From: Camelus dromedarius
Lineage: Eukaryota
DNA: 64,000 nucleotides
Reading direction: 5' to 3'
Assembly (NCBI RefSeq): GCF_036321535.1
Contig: NC_087451.1
Coordinates: 13,764,001-13,828,000 of the forward strand
Made by a program: the position numbers and the translations under genes. The notes below the pieces were generated by a model, which had not been told where the DNA came from, made no database searches, and saw nothing but the letters and a program-made list of their open reading frames with translations. Of the stretch, positions 25,761-37,345 are shown in pieces; the stretch's first letter is position 1; each line of letters starts with the position of its first letter.

Positions 25761-25939
25761 TTCTAATGACTGTACCATTTCTGGCTTTTTTTTTTTTTTT
25801 AAGCTTTTGGACCAGGGTGGGAGGGTGGTGGCAAATCTGGCTCTAGGGGTCTATTCCTATCCTAGAAGACTATAAAATAGTCTATATCATCTGTTCAAAT
25901 AAGATAAAATAATTGATTTTTATTCTTTTGCATGTTAAG

Positions 25940-26020
25940 ATGGTGATGGAATTTCCTGACAATGTGTTAAATCTCGATGGGCATCAAAATAATGGTGCAC
26001 AACTAAAGCAGTTCATTCAG
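25940..26020 (+). CDS. GGNBP2: Gametogenetin-binding protein 2 exon 3
   Basis: 81 nt, ttaag| and |gtaata; MVMEFPDNVLNLDGHQNNGAQLKQFIQ. Confidence 0.96.
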
Positions 26021-27307
26021 GTAATAGTTTTAAAAATTAATGTTTTAAATGGGGTGTGTGTGTGTTTTAAAGAATCATTTAAAATTTTAGTTATAAGTGT
26101 AAATTTTGCTTTACCTAGGGCTTTTTAGGTCTTAAGATTGCACTGAAGTCGCTTTCTTTTACTATTGCTCCAGGTATATCTATGTATCTGTCACGTGAAA
26201 GAGATTTGGTGGTGGTATGTTACCATTTTACATGTCCATAAGGCTTTAATTTCACCAGTTTAATTTTAACTTTAAATTTAGTTTAAATTTAATTTCTCTG
26301 TTTTTAAAGATAGAGTAGCCAACCTTTCATTGAGAACATTTTTGTTTTTTCCTGTAGTAATTGTTTTGTTCAAGTAAAAAAAAAAATTAATCCTGTATTG
26401 TAAACTTTTGTGATTTTTATTTAATTCTTAAAGAGTATGGTACTTTGTAAATATACTGTATATAATCAAGATAATGGAAGATAAATGGTTACTTTACTTC
26501 AAAATTCTATTTCAACTTTTGAAGAAAACTTTGAATGAAAGTTTAATGGTAAATGTGAGAATATCTTTCTTGGGAGTTGTCTTTCTCATCTGTTTTTGTG
26601 GGGGTGGGGTGGTAAACTGGAGGTATTACCTGTAGTATAACTGTAACTCCATCCAGGTAGAGTTTACTTAGTAGAGTTTTGCTTATTTCTCTGCAGTTGT
26701 GGTTCTCAGTCATTTTTCTCCCTTGTCATAACCAACAGATAACATTCATATGCACCAGCATGTTAGTTACTCACTGCAGGCTCCTACGTAGGTAAGATAG
26801 GCTTTCTTCTCCCCCACTAATCCGTGACACACCTGTCCGTGCCTCCAGGTTTAGAATTGCTGCTCTACGTGATCACCTTCCTAACTTCACTTGTGTAGCT
26901 AAACATAATGTGTTGTTAAAGGCTGAGAAGACATGGTAAACCTGTATTGTGTCTTTATTCTTTTTTGTTTTTTTCTTTAAGTGAGAGTACTAAGCTTAAT
27001 ACTCACTGAACAAGCACTAGCTTTCCAGATGCAGGGCTTCTTGCTCTGCATAGCACTGGCCTCCTAAGTAGTTTTATATACCCTATATTCTAGAACAGGG
27101 GGATTTGTGGGGCAAACTCAGTACAGCATGGACAAGGCCGCCTACCTTGCCTTTCTGACTCAGTTGCAGGTGGAGATGGCAAGCTCTGCCCTGCCCTATT
27201 TCTAGTTCCTACCCTTGTATTTACTGCACAAGGACAGGAACCAGAAGTGGTAGTGAAAGTCATTTTATGTCTTTCTTAAGGACTTTTTTCCCCCTTCTTT
27301 CTCTCAG

Positions 27308-27561
27308 CGACATAGTATGCTTAAGCAACAAGATCTGAGTATTGCCATGGTGGTGACATCACGTGAAGTCTTGAGTGCACTTTCTCAGCTTGTCCCATGT
27401 GTTGGCTGTCGTCGCAGTGTGGAGCGCCTCTTTTCCCAGCTTGTAGAGTCTGGAAATCCTGCCCTTGAACCCCTAACAGTAGGCCCCAAGGGAGTCTTAT
27501 CCGTAACTCGAAGCTGCATGACCGATGCAAAGAAGCTTTATACATTATTTTATGTACATGG
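27308..27561 (+). CDS. GGNBP2: GGNBP2 exon 4
   Basis: 254 nt, ctcag| and |gtgagt; RHSMLKQQDLSIAMVVTSREVLSALSQLVPCVGCRRSVERLF...TLFYVH(G). Confidence 0.96.
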
Positions 27562-28507
27562 GTGAGTATAATCAATGAGGAAAAAATGGGTTTGTTAAAT
27601 TTTTAAACTTGGTGAAACTGGTAGCTTGTTTTCTAAATTTGGTTGGGGCAAAACTTGAGTCCAAATTCAGTAATTTTATTGAGTATCTTCTATGTGCCAG
27701 TAACTGTAAAGATTGTTTTCTCATGTGGGGAGAGGCAGACAGAGTAAGCAAATACATAATTTGTCAGGCATGATAAGTTACAAAGAAAAACCGGTAAGGG
27801 AGATAGAGAATGAGTGGGTAGAATTAATATGGAGGATGGTCAGGGAAGGCCTCTGATAAAATGACATTGAATACAGACTTGAATGAAGTGAGTGAGTGAA
27901 ACACGTAGGTATCTGAGGGAAGGTGGAGAAGGAGCAGCAAGTGTTAGGGTTCAGAAGTTAGAGTTTTCCTGGCACATTTGAAGAACAGCAAGGAAGCCAT
28001 TGTGGCAGAGCCAGATGAATGAAGGGGACAGTAATAAAAGATGAAGTCAGAGGAGTAATAAAAGGCCTAATTATGTAGTACCATCTTGAGGTGGTGGGTT
28101 TTTTTTTGTTTGTTTGTTTTTGTTTTTATTTTTTATACTTTGGGTGAAATGGGAAGATTTGGGAGGGTTTTGAGCAGATGAGTAGCATGATCTGGCTTGA
28201 AGTTTTGCTTACTTTGACCTGTGTGTTGAGAATAAATGGAAGGGCAGAGAAACAGGCTGTTTAATAAAATCTGTGAAAGAAATAATAGTGACCAGTATAG
28301 TGGCCACAGAGATAATGAGAAATGGTTGGATCCTGGATGTATTTTGAAGAATGAATCAACACAAATTTTGGATAAGGGTTGGGTATAGAGGAGGGCATCA
28401 AGGATGATTCCCAGATTTGGGGTCTAAAGAACAGGTTAAGTGGTTTCCATTTACTGAGATAGGTTAGACTGGAGGAGGGAGGAGCAACTTTGCAGAACTC
28501 ACTTTTG

Positions 28508-28614
28508 ACATTTGTTTTTAATTGAGGTATAGTTTACAATGTGCCGATTTCTGGTGTACAGCACAATGCTTCAGCCATACATGAATATACATACATTCAT
28601 TTTCATATTCTTTT
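28508..28614 (-). mobile_element. Short L1 3'-end fragment with 15-bp TSD
   Basis: cagaactcacttttg (28493-28507) and cagagctcacttttg (28615-28629) flank 'ttttaattgaggtatagtttacaatgtg...ctggtgtacagcac'. Confidence 0.75.
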
Positions 28615-28885
28615 CAGAGCTCACTTTTGGATGTGTTAAGTTTGAGATATCAGTTGGGCATCCAGGTGGAGTTCAGATAGGTCTGCCCTAGAGATACAAA
28701 GTTGTATCATCAGCATATAAGTAGTATTTATATATATAATCAAAACCGATGAAATGAGATGTGATCACCAAAGAGTAAGTATAAATAAGAAAAGAGAAGA
28801 GGTCTGAAGACTAAACCCTGGGGCTTTCCTATTTAAAGGAGGTGGTAGAGATCTTGGATTTTTACTCTGGCTGAGAAAAGAAGCC

Positions 28886-29012
28886 TTGGATAGTGGTCTT
28901 GTTTTGTTTTGTTTTTGTTTGGTTGGTTTTTCTAATGGAGGTACTGGGGATTGAACCCAGGACCTTGTGCATGCCAAGCATATGCTTTACCACTGAGCTA
29001 TACCCCCCCCCC
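28886..29012 (-). mobile_element. tRNA-derived SINE, camelid type
   Basis: 'ggaggtactggggattgaacccaggacc...ttaccactgagctatacccccc'; aagaagcc at 28878-28885 and 29013-29020. Confidence 0.9.
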
Positions 29013-29723
29013 AAGAAGCCCTTGAGGGTTTTTGAATATAGAAACAACATAATGCGATTTTTGTTTGGAAAAGATCTCTCTAGCTGCTAAGTGAAACCTA
29101 GAATGTGGAGTCAAAGAGTAAAAGCAAGAAGACCGTTTGGGAGGCCAGCTATTGCAGTTGACTAAGCTAGAGAGGCGAGCTGGACAAGGGTGTTGATGGT
29201 GGAGGTGATGAGAAGTGAGTTGATTCTGGATATATTTAAAAGTTAAAATTGGCGGGTTTGCTGATTGGTTGGATGCAAGATATGGATATTTAGCCTTATA
29301 TATGTCTATATTTGCATAAAGTTTCTACTGATGGCTCCTCATCAAGGATCTATATTTAGATAATGTTTCTACCAGGGACTATGGCTGAGAGTCAGGTAGC
29401 AATCAGTCATAAAATACTTGAGTGCTGGGCACACTGCTAGATACAATGCAGATGCAGTGATGTGTAAGACAGATGCAGTCTGGGGGAAAGAGTATGTTGA
29501 ACAGAGGAGGTCTCCTTCAACACCTTGACAGACTAGGAATGGAATGGGAATATAAATGTACAAATTCTTAGGTTAGAATTTGTCTGATGAGAAATTTTCA
29601 AAGTAAGTGATTTGTCTGTAATACTTTAAATATACTTCTTACTAAAAAGCAGAAAATAGAGATTTTGAAAATTCTAAAGAAAAATAATATTAATCAAACC
29701 TTTAATGGCTTATTTTTAATTAG

Positions 29724-29822
29724 GTCCAAACTAAATGATATGATAGATGCTATTCCAAAAAGTAAAAAGAACAAGAGATGTCAGTTGCACTCCTTAGATA
29801 CGCACAAACCAAAACCTTTGGG
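29724..29822 (+). CDS. GGNBP2: GGNBP2 exon 5
   Basis: 99 nt, phase 2/2, aattag| and |gtaagt; SKLNDMIDAIPKSKKNKRCQLHSLDTHKPKPL(G). Confidence 0.96.
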
Positions 29823-31947
29823 GTAAGTAGAATTGATTATCAAGATGCTTTGTCATTGTTAAGATTATGAATGTTGATCATATTTAGCAAAAAGAAAAAA
29901 AAAACACTGCTAGTTTTATTTCATTAATTCATATAACACCATGTTATTGGTCTAAGTAAATATGTCTCCTGATTCTGTAGGACTTTTTGCATTGGAACTA
30001 TATAGGGTCTCAATATAGGTTTGAGTTTTTGAAGTTTTTTTCCTTATATTAAATAAGGTTCAGAGGAAGGAAGTGGAGATCTTTGTGGAAATTTATGTAG
30101 CCAATATTAAATTTTTCAAAGTAGTGGTATTCTTTAATTAATGTAGTAGTCATAATGTATAAATTATTCTTTTTTGTCTTTTCTTGTCTCTAGGTCTCCC
30201 TAATAATTTATCAAGGATTAAAAAAATTCTTGACTCAGTTATAGCAATGTGCATTTATGTAACTAATTTGCAGTTTTCTTCTTGGTTAGGTACTACAATG
30301 CCCAAGGCTGCTTCTGCCCCCATCTCCCAGCACAGTGTCACAGTTGCCTCTACATAATTACTTGGGGCTGGGGGTGGTAAGGAGAAGCCATGAAATTTGA
30401 AGGGAGTTTCTAAGAAGTAACTTTTTTTTTTTTTTTTTTTGGAGAGAATAGGATGACGTAAAACTATACTTCTGAATTAATTTTAAGAATTAATTTTTTG
30501 AATATCTCAGTAGTAGTGTTGACATCATTATTATATAGACATTTTCTGCCTGTAAATGGACCTGGATGGCCAGGTGGTGGTGTGATAATAATTTTTTTTC
30601 TATACTGAGAAACAAAAATTTTTTAAAATTTTATTATGAAAACTGTCAAACACATAGAAAAGTAGAGAGACTATACAAGGACCCCCTTACCCCCAGATAC
30701 CTTTACTCAGACTAAGTAGTTATCAAGATTTGCCACATTTATTTCATTTATTCACCTTTTTCTTTGTTGAAGTATTTTAAAGCAAGTCCCAGGCGTCATG
30801 TTATTTTACTACCACATATTTCCTCATTCATCTCTAAATATAGGGACATTTTCTTTTCATGACAATGTCATTGTAACACCTAACAAAATTTTAACTATAA
30901 TAATCTAATACCCCCAGATATTCACATTTCCCCAACTCTCTCTAAAAGTGTCTTTTTACATTGATATGTTAGAATCGAGATTTAAAGAAGAACTACGCAT
31001 TACAAGATATCTAAATGTGAGAGTACTCTGAACCCAGTAAAGTTCTACACAACCTAAAGTGGTTGTCTGAGGATAATTATTTCACATACCTCATTTACCA
31101 ATATCTGTAGAGAATTCCTGACTTTCTGAATGCAGAATGCAGTCTAACTGTTTCATTAAACAGTAACCTTTATCTAAATGACCTGTTGACTAAAGCCATA
31201 GAATAGTGTGATGTAATAAAAAGGCTGCCTTCTGGGTTTTTTGTTGTGAATGTTCTTCATTGAGAAGCTAAAAAGCAGCAGCTACCCTAGCATCTTACAC
31301 ATCTGTGCTCGCTGCCACCTTCCTTCAAAGACCAGTCCTTCCACTTTTGCCCTGATTCCATCTCCTCTCTTGTTCTCGTTGACTTTGCTTCATCAGTTAT
31401 CTGCTTTTATTACATTGACATACAGCTATATTTTCTTACATTTCAGTTTACAAACAAAAAACAAACCCCCCCCAGACTTCACATCCCCCTTCGGCTCTAG
31501 CCTCACCACGTGGGAAGCCAAATGTTCTGGAAGATTGTTTGCTGAGTTATGCAATCAGTGTGAATGGAGTTAGTTGATCTTAAGCAGTGCGTCTTAAGGT
31601 AGCTTCAGGTATTTTCGCATGCCATGTGGCTAGCAGGCCACGGAGTGCAGTCTGCCTAGCCAGGACTCCTTCTCCACTTTGGATTCAATGCTGCTGTGAC
31701 TTTTCTTTGTATATATTCTTGCTGTTATTTCCTTTTTTCTCTTTAGACTTTATCCAGAGAAAGTGTAATACAATTGGTTAGGTTTCAGCCTAATCAATGG
31801 TAACAGTCTAGTTCAGTCTTCCTGAGAGTATTCTCATTCATATTCATACAAGTAAACACAAGTGTATTGTCTGTCTAGAAGTGAGTGTGAGATCTGAAAG
31901 AAAGGTCTAGGCCAGAGTTGTAGGCCTGTAGCTGATGAATGATAATG

Positions 31948-32164
31948 CAGTTGACCCTTGAACAACATGGAGGTGAGGAGCACCGACCTGCCACACAGTG
32001 GAAAATGCAAGTGTAACTTATAGTTGGTGCTCCTTATACGTGGTTCCTTCATATCCACAGATTCAGTGAACTGCAGATTGTGTAGTATTGTGTATACTAG
32101 TGGAAAAAATGCACGTATGAGTGGACCTGCGCGATTCAGCCTTGTGTTGTTCAGCGGTCAGCTG
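31948..32164. mobile_element. Tigger2a-type MITE (Tc1/mariner), full length
   Basis: Terminal inverted repeats CAGTTGACCCTTGAACAACA and TGTTGTTCAGCGGTCAGCTG (17/20 match); 217 bp. Confidence 0.85.
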
Positions 32165-33841
32165 CATTAAATTACCTGGTCAGAGGAAGAGTACGGTAAG
32201 AGAGAGGAATGCTGAGGAGTTCAGTTTAATGGGAGAAAAGAATAAGCCTAAAGAAACCAGAAAGAGCGGCCAGAGATGTAGGAGGAAGCCAAGGGAAAAG
32301 AGTTTTTTCCAGGAGTCCGGGGGTTTGGTCACCTGTGTTGCAGACTGCTGAGGCATCAAGGACCCAAAAGTGTCCATTGGACATAGCAGCACTGAGAGAA
32401 TAGGTGATCTTGATGAGCAGATCTGTGGTTGAATGGGAACAGAATCCGAATCAGTGTTTGTAGAAAAGCGAATGCTGTGTAAGGTGGTGATGGATTAAAC
32501 TGTGAGTGGAAACTGTGGCAGTAGAATGAGGAAGTGGAAAGACTTTCTTTTTCAGAAAACTTGATCTTGAAAGGAAGGAGTGGTATAAAGACATTTGGTC
32601 TAGAGAGATTATGGATAAAATCGATTTGATCTGTGGAAGTTTTTTAACCTTTTTTTAGAATAATGCTTTCACATTCTGGTGGTGAAATAATCATTCCCCA
32701 GCTCTGATCTTGTAAACTTTTTCCTTAATAGTGAGAACCTGAGTTTGAGAGTAATTCAGTTTTAGGAGATTATAAATCACTCAAGTATAATTAGAATATA
32801 GCAAATATGGGAGTTGAGAATAAAAGGATGTCACATGCAAGACAGAGCAGGAGTTGAGGTTTTTGCTTCAAAAATAAGGAACATTGACCCTTGGCCTGAG
32901 TCCTCATGAGAAGGGAGTAGAGAGCCAAACTGTGCGTGTGACCTTATATGGTGGGCAGGGGGTGTTAAGAAATACCTACTTAGCTAAGTAGAGTAGGTTA
33001 AGAAAAGATTCAGAAGTTTTTCCATCTCAAGCATCCAAGGTAATGAATTTCTAGGACTGTAGTGAGACCTGCAGAAGAACAGGCAGGAGCCAGTTGTTCA
33101 GAATCATGAAAAATCAAGAAGACTATCATTGAATGGAATATAGAAACACATTGCTCTTGGAATGCACATCTGCAACAAAGCAAAAATGCGTGACCAGCGC
33201 CACATTGAAACCTGTGGGGGAGGGAGAGTCTGGGAAGTTTTTAGTAAGTTTTTAAAAAATTATTTGTATAGTACTTACTACTGATTTAGGCTGTATAAAG
33301 TGTTCATCTTAGTATGCTATCTTTATTTTAGTAAATGTAAAAATTTATTTACTGTAATTAGTCTGTTTCCCAGCTACTTACACATGTGAAGTTAGATAAG
33401 AATTTTATTGCTATAACCTAGCTATAAAATCACAATAAGTAGATCAAAACTTCTTAGAATTTTCAATTTGTGGAAGATTGATCCATGTTTATAGGTGAAA
33501 ATATAATTTTTTCAGCCCTTTTGACTTTAAAACATACCAAGTAGATTTGCTCATAAAATGCTTAGTGTATTAACCAGTTACTATCTTGATAAATGTAAAT
33601 GTTAAATTATATCAGGTAAACTTAATAGTTGAGCAGAAGTTTTTATATAAAGATAAGAGCACCTGTTTAGATAACATTTTAATATGGTTAAAGTTGATAT
33701 GTAATTATATACAAATTTGCAAATTTATCCTACTAATATCTTAATGTATTAAAGAGTTCATGATTTTAATTTAGACTAAAGAATTTATTCCTTCCGATTA
33801 CCTCAGTGTCACTAAGCTTTGTGTACCATACTGTACTACAG

Positions 33842-33967
33842 TGAAGGGAGCAGTAGCAGTGTCAGTTCAGAGAAGTTAAGTACAGATAAGAGAAGTAGTG
33901 AAGACCACAGGAAGGACAGCAAGTGTAGGATCATTTTCCATTATGGACCTTTCCAGGGAACAGCCAG
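33842..33967 (+). CDS. GGNBP2: Candidate in-frame alternative cassette exon of GGNBP2 (42 codons)
   Basis: 126 nt, phase 2/2, tactacag| and cag|gtaaaa, no stops; EGSSSSVSSEKLSTDKRSSEDHRKDSKCRIIFHYGPFQGTA(R). Confidence 0.75.
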
Positions 33968-34080
33968 GTAAAATCAAGCAATCCTTTACCCTGCTCTTTT
34001 TTTTTTTTTTTTTTTTTTAATGTTTTACCCTTATATATTCCTCCTTCTCACTAAGATTTGTTGTTTTTTTTTTTCTGCAG

Positions 34081-34194
34081 AGGTTGCTGGATGGACGTAT
34101 GGGAACTAATGTCCCAAGAATGCAGGGATGAAGTAGTTTTAATTGACTCTAGTTGTCTTTTAGAAACACTAGAAACGTATCTGCGAAAACACAG
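34081..34194 (+). CDS. GGNBP2: GGNBP2 exon 6
   Basis: 114 nt, ctgcag| and |gtaagt; GCWMDVWELMSQECRDEVVLIDSSCLLETLETYLRKH(R). Confidence 0.96.
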
Positions 34195-36179
34195 GTAAGT
34201 GTAAAGGTCATCACGGTGTAGTTGGAAGGTGCCTTAGCTGTCAGTCATCCAGGCTGAGCTGTCACTGACCTTCATATAATAGTACTGCAGCCTTCCCATT
34301 AGTACCTGGCACTAGGTGGAGCTTAATATTAGAGTAGGCAGTTCCTTAATGGAATGACTCTCAGTGTTGGCCTTCTTTTGTTGGGCCCACATTTCGGGTT
34401 TTTTTGTAATTTTTATCTGTTGGTTCCAAGCTAGCCTTTCAAGAAATACAGAATAACTGAACCAACATAAAGTAGACTTAATCACTTTGGAAATTGTAGT
34501 ACTCCTTGTTTTTATGATAGAAGCATTTCATTATGTTATTTTCAGAATTAAAGTTAGCAGCTTTTACTTAGTAATATTTTGAATTATTTTTGTTTGTCAA
34601 GACCTAAAAATACAGTTGGAATTCATGTGCTTCATGTACTATGAAAGTAACTTCAGATTTTTCTTTTTAGAATACTACTTTACAAAGGAATTTTCTAAGT
34701 GTCATTAACATTTGGAAATTCGTAGGGAGGGAGAGTGCAGTAGGAAAGGAAACTGGTAAGGGAGCCATCTAGCGATGGCATTCTTGGGGGGAGTTGTACT
34801 GTTTTAATATAAATGTGTCACATGTTGGGTTTGTGGTCTTCTGTTCTTTCACTTTGGGACAGATATACACGATTGCTTTGGGGATACTTCTAGAAAACAT
34901 ACGTAAATGATAAAAACTGGCATTACCACGATTGGTGTTCACATTGTGCATCACAATGAGCTAACGATTTAACCTGCCGTACTAAGTTTATTAAGTGTTT
35001 TTCATCCTTCAGTTACAAACTTTCTTGTTTATTTACCTTTCTGGCTGATTATACCCAAGAGAATAAAGAATGTGTCAACTATTTAGAGTTTGGGAGAGGG
35101 GTTCTATAAATGTAAAGCATATATAAATGTGTAGCCCCACTGTAAATTCTTTTCTCTTTCAATTTGAGTTGGTCCATCCAAAAGATAGCTTTTTGGAGTG
35201 ATAAGTTACTAGTTATTAGAGCTAATGTTTTGAAATTTCCTGAACTGATTATAGATATTTTCTGTGTTTGGGGGGCAATATTTTATATTTGTAAGAAAGG
35301 TAGAGTCCATTTTATAAATATATTAAGGATGTGGGGAAGTTATGATTAAGAAAGTAATTAAGGGAGATTGTATTGAATCTGGGTTCTATTGATTATGACT
35401 TTGAACAAGTTTTCTGTGCTTTAGTGTTTTTCTTCTTTCGGGATGGTACTGATGGTACTGATTTATTGTAAGATTAAGTTTGTTATGAGGATCAATGATA
35501 CATAATGAGACTTAGAACAGTATCTGACACATAGTAATCACATCAGTGAACGTTTGCACACTGGATTTGCAAATCCTTGGTGTTTTGTTTTTTTTTCCCC
35601 CCACAAGTCCTTGTAATTCCTGTGTATCTAGTTCTTGTTTTAGATACAAGTTGAGTTTCTGAGGTATAATCAGTTGAAAGTGATTTTTAAACATCTGAAT
35701 AATGTACTTTTTTGGCACTTCTACTTTATTTAGTGGACCTTTCTGAGCACTTTATAATAAAGATTTGGTAACAGTATTTAGCCAGTTAAGTATTTTGCTA
35801 GTACATCATTAGAAATGAGGTGTTAGGATACTGTAAAACCTCTGCCTTAGGAAAATGTTTTTAAAATTTATGTGCAAGATTACTTTTGAAAACAGGAAAC
35901 ATGGCTTTCATTCTTACAGCTTCCATATAAATTTTTAAATTGCTGTTTGCATATGCTTATGTTACTTAATGATTGTGTACAATCAAACATATATTAAACT
36001 ACTATGAGGATTTAAAGCAGTAAAATATGGCAAAAATACTTCAAGTTTTATTGTTGATACTGTATGACATTTAACCATTTATTTACCTGAAAATGTAAAC
36101 TTACCATTTATAACCTGAAAACGTGGAAGTGTGTTTATTTCTGTGTCCATGTCGATTTCTCCCAGCAAGGGGAAGACTT

Positions 36180-37345
36180 TTTTTGTGTGTGGTAAAAAAA
36201 ACAAAAAACAAAAAACACATAACATACATTTCCCTCTTAACAGCTTTTAAGTTTACATTACAGTATTTTTAACTATTTGCACATTGTTGTAGAGGAGATT
36301 TCTAAACTTTTTTCATCTTACATGACTGAAACTATACCCTTTGAACAGTAACTCCCCTTTTACCCCTTCCTGCACCCTCTGCCAGCCACCATTTCTATTT
36401 TTTGTTTCTATGAGTTTGATTGCTTTATGTAACTCACATAGATGGAATCATGCAGTGTTTATCCTTTTGTGTCTGGCTCATTTCACTTAGCATAATGTCC
36501 TCAGGGTTCATCCATGTTGTAGCTTATGACAGAATTTTCTTATTCTTTAAGGCTGAATAACATACCATCATTATATGTATACCCTACATTCACCTGTCAA
36601 TGAACATCTAGGTTGTTCCCACATCTTGGCTATTGTGAATATGCTACAGTGAACATAAGTGTGTACAAATAGCTCTTTGGGATCCTGTTTTTAATTCCTT
36701 TGAATATATGAACTGGGATTGCTGGATTATATGGTAATTCTATTTTTAATTCTTTGAGAAAATGCTGTACTTTTTGCCGTTCTGGCAGCACTGTTTTAGT
36801 ATCCCATCAACAGTGTACAAGGGTTCCAGTTTCTCCAGATCCTTATCAACACTTGTTATTCTCTGTTTTTTTTGATAGTGGACATAGTAATGGGTTTGAG
36901 GTGATAACATGTGGTTTTGATACGCTTTTCCCTGATGATTGACGCTTTGAGTATCTTTTCATATCATATGCTTGTTAGCTATAGGTATATCTTCTTTGGA
37001 GAAATGTCTGTTCACATCCTTTGCCCATTTTTTAAATCAGGTTTTGTTGTTGTTATTGAGGTGTAAGAATTCTTTATTCTGAATATTAACCCCTTATCCA
37101 GTATGTGGTTTGTTAATATTTTCTCTGTCCCATAGATTGTCTTTCACTGTTAAGTCTCCTTTGCTACACAGAAGTTTTTAAATTCGATGTAGTCTCATTT
37201 GTCTGTTTTTTCTTTTGTTCCCTGTGCTTTCGATGCAGTATCCAAGAAATCATCAATCACATGGTCGTGTTTTCTTCTAGAGGTTGTGTAGTTTCAGGTG
37301 TTAATGTTTAGGTCTTTAACCAATTTTGAGTTAATTTTTGTATAT
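36180..37345 (-). mobile_element. Old L1 (L1MA/MB-like) 3' fragment (approximate limits)
   Basis: 'catttcacttagcataatgtcctcagggttcatccatgttgtagc', 'atcccatcaacagtgtacaagggttcc', 'ggagaaatgtctgttcacatcctttgccc'. Confidence 0.8.

Larger units (their letters stand above)
27660..29290 (-). mobile_element. L2 LINE fragment interrupted by younger insertions (approximate limits)
   Basis: 'ttattgagtatcttctatgtgccag', 'ggtcagggaaggcctctg', 'gaagaacagcaaggaagcc', 'ggattctggatatattt' are typical reverse-strand L2 3' region. Confidence 0.65.

Noticed and set aside
31250-31573. 107-aa ORF in GGNBP2 intron 5
   Set aside because: Hydrophobic composition follows the T/C-rich intron sequence; no matching donor found.
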